Sequence record: NC_031107.2
Reading direction: 5' to 3' (one strand)
DNA: 64,000 nucleotides
Each line of letters begins with the position of its first letter. Within the stretch, counting starts at the first letter, position 1. Positions 9,053 to 17,854 of this stretch are shown piece by piece. Below the pieces are notes generated by a model. It ran no database searches. It was not told the DNA's origin and saw only the letters and a list, made by a program, of their open reading frames with translations. Both the position numbers and the translations under genes were made by a program.

Positions 9053-9577
9053 ATGCAGATTCGTTTTAGTCCACCGTGGGAAGTTCAACCTAACATAGAT
9101 AAAGGGGCTGCCGTTAAAAGTTTGGAATTGCTCCAGGCAAGCTTCTTTAACTGGTTATATGACACCCAAAAAGGTTTCAGTTCCATTATTTTGCCGGAAG
9201 TCGGTCCGATTCCCATCTACAAAGCGTTGATGGCTCCACCGCTGCTTCCAGCTAAATACTATGACCAGGTTTTGAATCTGGTTGAAAGTGGTACCGATGT
9301 TTCTCTTGCTGATTTATATGGGGAAGCATTCTCTGGTCGTCTACGTTGGGTATTCACACAGCGTGGCGGCGTCATTGTGGCGTCATTTGCAGAAGCGAAG
9401 TCCGGACCGGGTTTCTCTTTGGGTGAAGACCACGCTGCGAAAAAGATGTTCTGCGCAGAACTTTTTAAATATGTGCGTACCAAGACTCGCGTCGTGGATG
9501 ATACGTACAGCACTTCTACGCAGTTCGCAACTCATGAAGTGCTGACGCAACTTTACGCATGTCATTTATCTCACTAA
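9053..9577 (+). CDS. Conserved hypothetical protein between helicase and MCP, 174 aa
   Basis: ORF; synteny with the gene preceding MCP in phiKZ-like phages (recalled). Confidence 0.65.
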   Translation: MQIRFSPPWEVQPNIDKGAAVKSLELLQASFFNWLYDTQKGFSSIILPEVGPIPIYKALMAPPLLPAKYYDQVLNLVESGTDVSLADLYGEAFSGRLRWVFTQRGGVIVASFAEAKSGPGFSLGEDHAAKKMFCAELFKYVRTKTRVVDDTYSTSTQFATHEVLTQLYACHLSH

Positions 9578-9589
9578 GGTAAGAATGAA

Positions 9590-11899
9590 ATGAAAGATAC
9601 CCGAATCTCTAATCTGGAGAAGCTCGTCAATGCGGGTAACGAGCTTGTAGCCAACGTTCAGTCTGGTACCTCCGCTGGTGAAGTGTGGTCTACCGTTGTT
9701 GCTGGCGAATCCGTTCGTAAAAACGCTAAAGCGTTCAGCTCTCTGAACGACAGCGCCGCGCAGCAGTACCAAACCGTGTTCCCTGGTAAGAGCATGTCTC
9801 ATGCTGCCCAGGTTGCTTCTGCCATGATTCTGGGTGCTGCCGGTCACGGTATGGATCTGGTGCAGGCCGTTGCTCAGGAAAGCGCGAATCCGAAGTATGA
9901 CAAGTTCATGCCGATCGCAATCCCTGGCGCAGCCACGCTGGCAGCTGACTACGGCAAAGACCCGCTGGTCGCTCGTGAATACTACACGAACAAAGACTAC
10001 GACCGTAACCTGGGCCTGACCTGGACCCTGAACGTTCGTGCGCTGGAAACCCAGTCCAAGTTCGCTGAAACCCTGTTCCCGACCATCACCGTTGAAACCA
10101 ACGATGTTGGTATTACCGTGCGTACCAAAGTTACTACTGTAACTCGTGGTATCCTGAACGCGCTGCTGACCAAAGACGTGGTTGAAGACCACCGTCAGCC
10201 GCTGCACAACGCACTGTCCAACCACAAAGTGCTGCAGGACGACGCAATCCGCATCGTTCCTTACGTGATGGAAACCGGTGACAACGCCGAATACTTCATC
10301 AGCTCTGACGTGGTGCCGAACGAAACCGTTCAGCTGGGTCGCGTACCTCCGTACCCGACTAACTACCTGACCTTCGAAAAAGATCGCCTGAACCTGTTCC
10401 AGCTGGCTGCTCATCCGGGCATCGTGCAGGAAGGTTACGACGAAACTGACGAAATCGCACCGGGTGCTTCTCTGGGCAGCCTGCTGATTTCCGTCCGTAA
10501 ACCGAGCGAAGATGTCAAAGACGGCGCGCTGATCAAACTGAACGTACGCGACATGCAGTTCGCTACCTTCCAGCGTCCGCCAGAAGGTGACGGCCGTGAG
10601 CTGACCCTTCAGTTCCGTCGCACCGCGTTCTCTCTGAACGCCAAGTCTCTGGACTGGAAAGGCGACGACATTCCTGCGCTGGCTGCACTGGCTCAGAACC
10701 AGTACACGCTGAAGTACAGCATGAACATCAGCATGAGCCTGTTCACCAACGGTCAGTATTCTGGTCGCGTGGATGTAACTGGTAAAAACCTGATCGTCGA
10801 AGGTCTGTTCGACGCAACTGGTAACGCTGTTGATACCAAATCTGGTACCGGCAAAGTTATCATGGACGGTCTGAAACTGGAACTGCTGGGCTGGCGCTTC
10901 GATGGTACTCGTACCAACGAAAACCGGAGAACCCAGGGCTTGCTGCTGGACCCAATCTGGGAACAGGAGAACTACAAGCTGCAGTACGGTTCCCCGATCA
11001 TGACCAAATCGCCGGTTGGTGTTGAATATGACGACACCGAGCGCCTGGATGACCTGGTTTCTGCGGTTAACATCCGTAACGAAATGCTGGCCATCACTCA
11101 GACTCTGAGCTACACCGAAGCTGTGAAAAATGCTTTCGAAAGCATGATCACTCCGTGGGACAAACCGGCCATCCGTGGTCTGGGTCGTCACTGGGTTGCT
11201 CCGTGGTACAAAGAGAGCGATTATAACGTCGACCAGGTTATCCAGTCTCTGGATACCAAAGATGCACTGATCAACGCCCGTCAGGGTCTGGTACAGCGTA
11301 TCGGCGACCAGGTTACTCGTGCAATCCAGGACAGCCGCTTCATGCCTGCCCTGCGTCTGCTGACAGCTAACCCGGACGCGCTGCCGAAAGTAGTTATCGC
11401 TACCGATGAGCCGACTGCAGCTATGCTGCTGCTGACTCAGGGTGACCAGCGTCTGCTGGGCGACCGCTACGAGTACGAAGTCATCACCACCAACGATGAC
11501 CGCTGGCGTATCTGGAACGCTGCAGATGAGTCTTGGACTCGTCGTCTGCAGTGGGTCCTGAAAGTGCCGACGGCTGATGATGGTTCTTACTGTGTTCTGA
11601 ACTGGGGTAACCACTTCTGGTCTCCGATCATGGTTACCAACATCAACATCCAGCGTAACGGCGCGACCAGCAAAGAGCTGGCTGTGCAGCCGCGTAACGC
11701 CCACATCTGTCACTGCCCGATCACTGGCCTGATTTGGATCAAAGGCATCACCAAATACGTTGAAAGCAAACTGGCTTACAACGTGTCTGTTGAAGAGAAC
11801 GGCACTGCAGGCACCGGCACCGGTAACGGTGGCGCTGTAGGTGGCGATACTACTGGTGGTGGTACCGGCACCGGTACTGGCACTGGTACTGGCGCGTAA
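9590..11899 (+). CDS. Major capsid protein precursor (phiKZ gp120-like), 769 aa
   Basis: Size; extreme codon bias; N-terminal propeptide with A-x-E-S motifs; C-terminal PRNAHICHCPI segment typical of this MCP family; position after the helicase. Confidence 0.85.
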   Translation: MKDTRISNLEKLVNAGNELVANVQSGTSAGEVWSTVVAGESVRKNAKAFSSLNDSAAQQYQTVFPGKSMSHAAQVASAMILGAAGHGMDLVQAVAQESANPKYDKFMPIAIPGAATLAADYGKDPLVAREYYTNKDYDRNLGLTWTLNVRALETQSKFAETLFPTITVETNDVGITVRTKVTTVTRGILNALLTKDVVEDHRQPLHNALSNHKVLQDDAIRIVPYVMETGDNAEYFISSDVVPNETVQLGRVPPYPTNYLTFEKDRLNLFQLAAHPGIVQEGYDETDEIAPGASLGSLLISVRKPSEDVKDGALIKLNVRDMQFATFQRPPEGDGRELTLQFRRTAFSLNAKSLDWKGDDIPALAALAQNQYTLKYSMNISMSLFTNGQYSGRVDVTGKNLIVEGLFDATGNAVDTKSGTGKVIMDGLKLELLGWRFDGTRTNENRRTQGLLLDPIWEQENYKLQYGSPIMTKSPVGVEYDDTERLDDLVSAVNIRNEMLAITQTLSYTEAVKNAFESMITPWDKPAIRGLGRHWVAPWYKESDYNVDQVIQSLDTKDALINARQGLVQRIGDQVTRAIQDSRFMPALRLLTANPDALPKVVIATDEPTAAMLLLTQGDQRLLGDRYEYEVITTNDDRWRIWNAADESWTRRLQWVLKVPTADDGSYCVLNWGNHFWSPIMVTNINIQRNGATSKELAVQPRNAHICHCPITGLIWIKGITKYVESKLAYNVSVEENGTAGTGTGNGGAVGGDTTGGGTGTGTGTGTGA

Positions 11900-11927
11900 T
11901 CTGAAAAGATAACGCACGCTAGGAATT

Positions 11928-11968
11928 GCTTACTCCCTTCGGGGAGTAAGCTTTTTCTTTTTTTTATC
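11928..11968 (+). terminator. MCP terminator (UUCG loop)
   Basis: gcttactccc-ttcg-gggagtaagc followed by T tracts. Confidence 0.8.
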
Positions 11969-12001
11969 CTAAAATTTCACAGATAGATATTATCTTGGTG
12001 A
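11963..12001 (+). promoter_or_regulatory. Early-type promoter, AGATAGATATTATCT variant
   Basis: 37/39 identical to 49638..49676; similar to the TATATTAC class. Confidence 0.65.
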
Positions 12002-12033
12002 CGAACGATTGTTTTATCTAAAGGAGAATATAA

Positions 12034-12843
12034 ATGAAAGAGTTCGATATTGGACAGGTTATCAATGTAAAGGCCACTGCCGTCGGTGTTATCGTTACGG
12101 TGTTGGATAGAGACAGTCATTTCCATGAGACGACAGAGATTGCCTATCCTCTCCACGCGTTCGATATCCTCCAGCACTTCCTGACCGTAAAACATGCAAT
12201 GCTGAAAGGGGATTTCGGCAAATATAAAGAGTACGAGACCACCCGCATAAAGGACATGAGATCCATCATCCTGGGCGATGTGATGTGTAAGCTAACCCGT
12301 TACTCCTTTCCTGAGTCAAAGGATGAGCCAGAAATAATCAGCAACCTCGAAGGGTTTCTCAAGAAGCTCGGCCTGTATCAACCCCACCACTTCCCGGTCG
12401 GTATTCAAGAGTGGAGAGACCACGCCCGCGTTATTCCGTTTAACATCGGTCGTGATGTCAATGAGCTGCGTTCGTTGACAGATGCGTTACGCGAGTCATA
12501 CACGCCACAGTGTGAGTTGATGGAAAATCTGCGTATCTACGGCCGCTATATCGATCCGCAGTACACCTTTGTTATCCCTGAACGTGGCGACATCGCTACA
12601 GGGGGCTATTGGGTAGAACCACCACACAATCCCCACATCGTTCCTAACTCGCCGTACATTCCGTTTAATTTCGCATCAGTAAGGCTTCACCAGCTGGCCG
12701 ATGTCCTTAACGGTATCGCCCAAATGGACACGTTGCCTAACGGCGGGTTCGAAGTGCGAATGGTTAATGGCCTTGGTAATATCAGTCTGGCTACCCTGGA
12801 GAAAGAAGATTTGCGTGCATTGGTGAAAGCCATCGCTCGCTGA
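12034..12843 (+). CDS. Hypothetical accessory protein, 269 aa
   Basis: SD ctAAAGGAG; has its own promoter; sits between MCP and the RNAP block. Confidence 0.75.
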   Translation: MKEFDIGQVINVKATAVGVIVTVLDRDSHFHETTEIAYPLHAFDILQHFLTVKHAMLKGDFGKYKEYETTRIKDMRSIILGDVMCKLTRYSFPESKDEPEIISNLEGFLKKLGLYQPHHFPVGIQEWRDHARVIPFNIGRDVNELRSLTDALRESYTPQCELMENLRIYGRYIDPQYTFVIPERGDIATGGYWVEPPHNPHIVPNSPYIPFNFASVRLHQLADVLNGIAQMDTLPNGGFEVRMVNGLGNISLATLEKEDLRALVKAIAR

Positions 12844-12854
12844 CTCTATCTTTT

Positions 12855-12930
12855 TACGCCACGCGCAGTCCCTATGCGAGTCGCGTTCAAAGTATTCTGA
12901 GATAGATATTATCTACGTGGTTGTATCTAT
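12855..12930 (+). promoter_or_regulatory. Tandem promoters: TAC-N15-TATG (12855-12876) and AGATAGATATTATCT (about 12900-12914)
   Basis: Both recurring motifs lie upstream of the 335-aa gene and the nvRNAP subunit. Confidence 0.55.
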
Positions 12931-12953
12931 TGGTTTTTCAACTGGGATGCGAA

Positions 12954-13958
12954 ATGAATCGTTATGATTTAGACATTGAACCGACGATTACGCAGCGACC
13001 CATGTATCATGGTGTCGTGAAGAAAACCATCTCCTACGAAAACAATACAGGTGTTCCTGTTCACGTCACTGAACTCAGTGGCGGCAGCTTTATCATAGCT
13101 CCATCGCAACATACCGCGTCGGAGTTCGGCATCGTCATTTACGTGACGTATAAAGCTGTCGGTGGGCAGGCTAACCTGACGGGGCTTCGCGAAGGATTTC
13201 CTGCGAAGCAGTTTTCACAAATGTGCCGTGAGATTCAGGAGTCTGGAGAGACCACACTGATGTACGTGGTGTCGGATATCTCCGCGTTGATGCACGGTGA
13301 CTTGGTGGTATTGAAGAAGCTCGGTATGGCTTTCTCAACACAACCGGTCAGGCTTGACTCTAATCCCATTGCATTACCGGGTGGCGAGCGGAGTGAGTTC
13401 ACGTTGGGGGTCGTGGTTGTACAGCGGTACGACGATCCGAAGGTATATCGTTGGGTGCGGTTCTATACGACGCAAGTCGAGGTAGACCCTATCCGTTCGA
13501 AGTATTACGATGAGGGAATATACATGGTGATTGGGGGCGGGAAGTTAGCAGAAGGTGGTAGGATGTTGCATTTTACATTCGATGACCCGATGTCGCCGTT
13601 CCGCGTGTTTGCCAGCGAAGAAGAATCCAAAGCTTATCGCTGGATGGACGCCATTCCAGACTTGCGTGATGTCCGTGCAAAACTGGAAGCCAACTATCAG
13701 GCAAAACTTCAGGATTTAGACGATAGAAAGAACCAGATGGATCTCGAGTATCGACAGCAATCTAACGAATTGGCCATTGAGAAAGAGAGGTTATCCCTAC
13801 AGAACAAGCGAGAGGAAAATGAAATCAAGCAACGGGCAGAAGTCCGTAAAGACCAATATGAGGCGCGTTCTATCCATCGTAAGGACGGGTCAGAGTTCTT
13901 AAAGGCAATCCCTGCGTTTATGGCGGCTGGTGTCGCTGTGATAGGGATGCTAATGTAG
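12954..13958 (+). CDS. Conserved hypothetical protein with C-terminal coiled coil and hydrophobic tail
   Basis: Probable ATG at 12954 (MNRYDL); K/E/Q/R-rich heptad region; ends FMAAGVAVIGMLM. Confidence 0.65.
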   Translation: MNRYDLDIEPTITQRPMYHGVVKKTISYENNTGVPVHVTELSGGSFIIAPSQHTASEFGIVIYVTYKAVGGQANLTGLREGFPAKQFSQMCREIQESGETTLMYVVSDISALMHGDLVVLKKLGMAFSTQPVRLDSNPIALPGGERSEFTLGVVVVQRYDDPKVYRWVRFYTTQVEVDPIRSKYYDEGIYMVIGGGKLAEGGRMLHFTFDDPMSPFRVFASEEESKAYRWMDAIPDLRDVRAKLEANYQAKLQDLDDRKNQMDLEYRQQSNELAIEKERLSLQNKREENEIKQRAEVRKDQYEARSIHRKDGSEFLKAIPAFMAAGVAVIGMLM

Positions 13959-13970
13959 GGAGGCCATGCA

Positions 13971-15746
13971 GTGTTTAAAGATGCGATAAGAAAGATTAAG
14001 GAAGACGGTAAGATTGTCCCCTTCAATCGTGCAATCGCGGAAGGTGTCGGCTACACACAGGCAAAAGACGGGATACATGACCGTGTGCATCAGATTCTGC
14101 GTCGTGAACTAACCCACGACCGAGTTGAGAACCCGCGGTTACCCGAAGGTCTGTCTGTGTTGAACGTCCGCCACATGGCTCCGTTTGAATCGTTCATTTA
14201 TAAGCTGTCGAAGTCTGATAGCAGTCGTGCTGGTCGCGGGCGGGCAGTGATGTCTATCGCTGCTACGGACACGTATATGGTGATGGCAACCTTCCGTATT
14301 CCGGGAGACGGTCGTCCTACATCGCGTCCTATCAGCCTACCGTTTATTCGACGCGGTGGCCTGATGAACTACTTCGGTACCACGTATCACGTTGCGCCGG
14401 TTATCCACCAACCGGGTATCTGTCGTGAGCACGGTGGTATTTTCATTAACTTTGACTTTACACGCAAAGTCTCGTTGAAGTTCTGTAAGAAGCCAACGAA
14501 GATTTTGGTTAATGGCATGAAGGAGGAATTGTTCCTGCCGGGCACTTCGAATCTGTTTGTCTCGAAGAATCCGATTGGACACGATACCGACGAAAAACCA
14601 CTGATGTATTGGATGTTTGGGCGTTATGGCTTTAAAGAAGCTGTGAAGCGCTACACGGGTGTGGATGTTAACATCTGGCCAGCATTCAAAGTTCCCGATC
14701 TCGACCTGAATAAGGTTGCGGTAATCAGTTCGGGTGAGCAGCAGTATAACCGTCAGATACAGTATGTTGTTACTGTACCGGTTGATGCTCTGCCGAATCT
14801 GCACAACACCCGTTGGGATCAGAACGAACACGCCTTACTGATTGCAGTTTCTGCATTCTTCAAAGCGGCGCATTATTTCGCCAGCAAGCAGAACAGCAAA
14901 GGTGGCCGTGCACCAACCTTACCGGCACTGTTTACCCAGATAAACGAATTCGCGATGGACGAAGATATTGCCAACCTGAACTCCCCAGCTATCTGGAAGG
15001 AGATTCTGGGACGTTCTATCCTCGGCATGAAACCGTCCGATATCGAGCTGGGACGTAGCATGGACAGTCACTATCAGGAATGTGAGCGCTACGTTAACAG
15101 TACCTTCCGTGGTGAGTTGATGGCGAACGATCCGAGTATTCCAGACGACATGGATATGTTTGACTTCCTCTGGTATACCACGCAGATGATGGTGCGTACG
15201 CGCCTGACGAAACAAGAAGACATCCCGTCTATGTACGGTAAACGTCTGACGGTGACGGATTATCTGCTGTTGGGTCAACGTGGCTTTACTACAACGATCT
15301 CGAAGATTCGTTGGCGTTTAGGCCAGATGGAAAACCGCTCACCTGAATCCTGTTCGAAAGCGATTCGTGATGCGCTGAACAAAGAGATTGTGCTGAATCT
15401 GGTGTTGCGTAACATCACCGGCAACGGCGGTATCAGTTTCTTTAACGCCTCCACTGAATCAATGGTATTGGCTGTCTCGACACATGCGATTGGGCAAACG
15501 GAAACCGATGCCAAACGCACGAAGAAAGGCGGTAAAACGGTGAACCTGAATGACCGTACGAAGCACGCATCAGCGTCGCATCTGGAGTGTGGTAACGTTT
15601 ACTATATTCCGAAGTCGGCACCATTCAAGTCCAATATCCTCAACCCGTACATGAAGACCAACCTTCACTTAGTGATGGTTCGCAATCCGAAGTTGGCTCC
15701 GTATATCAAGCCAACGGAAGAAGACATTGCAAAAATCGGCCGTTAA
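13971..15746 (+). CDS. Non-virion RNA polymerase beta subunit, N-terminal part (phiKZ gp123-like), 591 aa
   Basis: PFIRRGGLMNYFGTTYHVAPVIHQPG resembles RpoB P..GTF..NG.ERV..; HASASHLECG resembles RpoB H.SHYGRIC; GGGAGG SD before GTG; synteny after MCP. Confidence 0.75.
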   Translation: MFKDAIRKIKEDGKIVPFNRAIAEGVGYTQAKDGIHDRVHQILRRELTHDRVENPRLPEGLSVLNVRHMAPFESFIYKLSKSDSSRAGRGRAVMSIAATDTYMVMATFRIPGDGRPTSRPISLPFIRRGGLMNYFGTTYHVAPVIHQPGICREHGGIFINFDFTRKVSLKFCKKPTKILVNGMKEELFLPGTSNLFVSKNPIGHDTDEKPLMYWMFGRYGFKEAVKRYTGVDVNIWPAFKVPDLDLNKVAVISSGEQQYNRQIQYVVTVPVDALPNLHNTRWDQNEHALLIAVSAFFKAAHYFASKQNSKGGRAPTLPALFTQINEFAMDEDIANLNSPAIWKEILGRSILGMKPSDIELGRSMDSHYQECERYVNSTFRGELMANDPSIPDDMDMFDFLWYTTQMMVRTRLTKQEDIPSMYGKRLTVTDYLLLGQRGFTTTISKIRWRLGQMENRSPESCSKAIRDALNKEIVLNLVLRNITGNGGISFFNASTESMVLAVSTHAIGQTETDAKRTKKGGKTVNLNDRTKHASASHLECGNVYYIPKSAPFKSNILNPYMKTNLHLVMVRNPKLAPYIKPTEEDIAKIGR

Positions 15747-15778
15747 AATAGTTTCCCCATTAAGGAGTATGAATTAGC

Positions 15779-17416
15779 ATGAGCATTACAATCGAAGAAG
15801 TCACTAACGTCCTGAAACAAAACCTGAGCCGTGACAATGTTCTGAACACTCTGAACTCGGTCATGGCTGATAACGGGATGCCGCCTGACCAGGGACTGAA
15901 GATTGCTCGCGCTGTGGGTATCTATGCTCAGGCGAAGAAGCTGTCTAATCAGCAAGTCATTCAGTATATCATCGACGCCTATAAAGCCGCAGTTTATCAA
16001 TCCATTGCTGCGAAGGGTAAAACCTTCAGTGGTGATGTGCACGATAAGCTGATGGGGATGTGGGGCGAAGTTGAGAAAATCATTGCCATTCTGCGTAATG
16101 CACAAGGCGGTGGTGGTCTGGGTGGCGGTGGTATCGGTGGCAACGGCGGGGGTATCCGTGTCTCTGACGGCCTCACCATGTCTGCACCGGAAGTAGGGGT
16201 AAGTGCCCAATCGTCTGCTGGGTTGAAAGTCATCATGCCGCAAACCGATCTCGACTTCGGTGGCGACAGCGGTCTGTCTTTCGTTAATGATGCACCGACT
16301 CAACAAACGACTGTGGCCCCACAACCGGCAGCAGCCGTCGCCGATCCGGCAACTGCACCAAAAGCAGAAGTCAATTTTAACCAACCTGTTATCAATACTG
16401 TAGCGGCTGCTACCTCAAAAGGACAGAACATGAGCATGAACGACCCAGTTATTAACATTTTGCAGGAGATTGAAGTGGAAGATTACGCAGCTCACGAACT
16501 GGTGGCACCAGAAGCTAAAATCAGTGTACCAGCGAAAGAAGCGAACAGCCGCATCAAACAATCTACCTACGCTGAATCGCGTGACTGGGTAAGCCCGCTC
16601 CAGAGCATTATCTCTGGCGAAGATGAAATCGTGTTCTATAAAGGAGCCGGTATCATCGTGCGTGCGCGTGACAGCTATCGTCCTTACCTGGTCGGCACCA
16701 CCGACAGCAGCGTTGAAGTGATGCGTGAATTCTTAGCCACCCACAATGCTGCGAAATCCGATCTCGATGGCCTGACCGAAGTTGACGACGTAGAAAAGCT
16801 GATGGACCGCGTCATGAAAACCATCAACAAACTGCGTCAGGCAGCGAAAGCCATTCACGACTACTCTATGGAGAAGTCGGACGAGGCCGAAGTCGTGGTA
16901 TCCGAAGTGGCACGTTTTGCCAATGCGTATCTGGGCAACCTGACATTGCTTATCCATAATGGTATCTCGCTGGCGACCAACCACGGTACCGACGTCCCTA
17001 CCGTACCGGGTATCAATCTGGAACGTGCACCGGATGACATCAACTGGTTCGCAGCTGACCTGTACAACCAGACCACTGGCGGTAACGGCGTGAGCGAACA
17101 CGAAGATTTCTTCCGTGACCTGTTCCTGACGGTGGCCAACTCTATCCGCAAGCTGACTATCAAGCTTGATGATAAAGGTCAGGTAGTAAATCTGGTACAG
17201 AGCACCATCACGGTGGTTGTGCCGGGCCTGTATCAGTCAGTGGGTAAATACCACATGGTTGAAATGGCATCGCTGGGCAATGCTTCTGAGCCGCTGATCG
17301 CGATTTATGAAGCACTGCAAAATGACGTACCGCACTCTCAGGTTATCCTGCAAGTGCCGCAAGGTCAGTTCCTGTTGCTGAGCAACGGTGAACCAACTGC
17401 GCCGGTACGCTACTGA
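15779..17416 (+). CDS. Conserved hypothetical protein, 545 aa, Gly-rich and Pro/Ala/Thr linkers
   Basis: TAAGGAG SD; high-expression codons; followed by a terminator. Confidence 0.75.
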   Translation: MSITIEEVTNVLKQNLSRDNVLNTLNSVMADNGMPPDQGLKIARAVGIYAQAKKLSNQQVIQYIIDAYKAAVYQSIAAKGKTFSGDVHDKLMGMWGEVEKIIAILRNAQGGGGLGGGGIGGNGGGIRVSDGLTMSAPEVGVSAQSSAGLKVIMPQTDLDFGGDSGLSFVNDAPTQQTTVAPQPAAAVADPATAPKAEVNFNQPVINTVAAATSKGQNMSMNDPVINILQEIEVEDYAAHELVAPEAKISVPAKEANSRIKQSTYAESRDWVSPLQSIISGEDEIVFYKGAGIIVRARDSYRPYLVGTTDSSVEVMREFLATHNAAKSDLDGLTEVDDVEKLMDRVMKTINKLRQAAKAIHDYSMEKSDEAEVVVSEVARFANAYLGNLTLLIHNGISLATNHGTDVPTVPGINLERAPDDINWFAADLYNQTTGGNGVSEHEDFFRDLFLTVANSIRKLTIKLDDKGQVVNLVQSTITVVVPGLYQSVGKYHMVEMASLGNASEPLIAIYEALQNDVPHSQVILQVPQGQFLLLSNGEPTAPVRY

Positions 17417-17422
17417 TAGATA

Positions 17423-17455
17423 AGGGAACCTTCGGGTTCCCTCTTCTTTTTTTAA
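17423..17455 (+). terminator. Intrinsic terminator (UUCG loop)
   Basis: agggaacc-ttcg-ggttccct followed by a T tract. Confidence 0.8.
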
Positions 17456-17492
17456 GCGCTTATTATAGACTAGCTCTATAGTGAGGTTGGAT

Positions 17493-17801
17493 ATGGTCAA
17501 GCTGATTGTGATAAACCTGGACTTTGATCGCAGTGTCAGATTCCGCTTTGAATTACCCGACACGAAAGCCACGGAAGCGTTCTTAGTCCACTTTCGCAAG
17601 TCAAAGACTACCATTAACCATGGACGTCGCTGGTTAATCTATTATAACGCCCGTGAGACGCTCTTACAGGCGTTGCGCGTCGCAAAGCTTACCGATGTAC
17701 TGGAAAAGCTTAAACCCTTTGAGAATGACACTCTGGCGATTGGGGTGATGTTAGACGAGCCAGCGAACAAACCCAAAGAGCAGACGTTTGATGACGAATA
17801 A
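17493..17801 (+). CDS. Hypothetical protein, about 102 aa
   Basis: GAGG SD before ATG 17493; converges on the portal terminator. Confidence 0.6.
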   Translation: MVKLIVINLDFDRSVRFRFELPDTKATEAFLVHFRKSKTTINHGRRWLIYYNARETLLQALRVAKLTDVLEKLKPFENDTLAIGVMLDEPANKPKEQTFDDE

Positions 17802-17850
17802 AAAAAGAATACCTACTCCCGAAGGAGTAGGTACCTTTATTTTTTTTTTT
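17801..17850. terminator. Bidirectional terminator
   Basis: acctactcc-cgaa-ggagtaggt (UUCG on the minus strand), A tract on the left and T tract on the right, between convergent genes. Confidence 0.8.
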
Positions 17851-17854
17851 GCCC

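Noticed and set aside
9566-11917. 783-aa antisense ORF spanning the MCP gene
   Set aside because: It is in the same codon register as MCP. It stays open because a highly expressed gene avoids TTA/CTA/TCA codons. It has no SD and its composition mirrors MCP.
13966-13989. Tiny out-of-frame ORF (MQCLKMR) overlapping the nvRNAP GTG start
   Set aside because: The SD spacing fits the GTG at 13971; a 7-codon ORF can arise by chance and nothing else supports a regulatory role.
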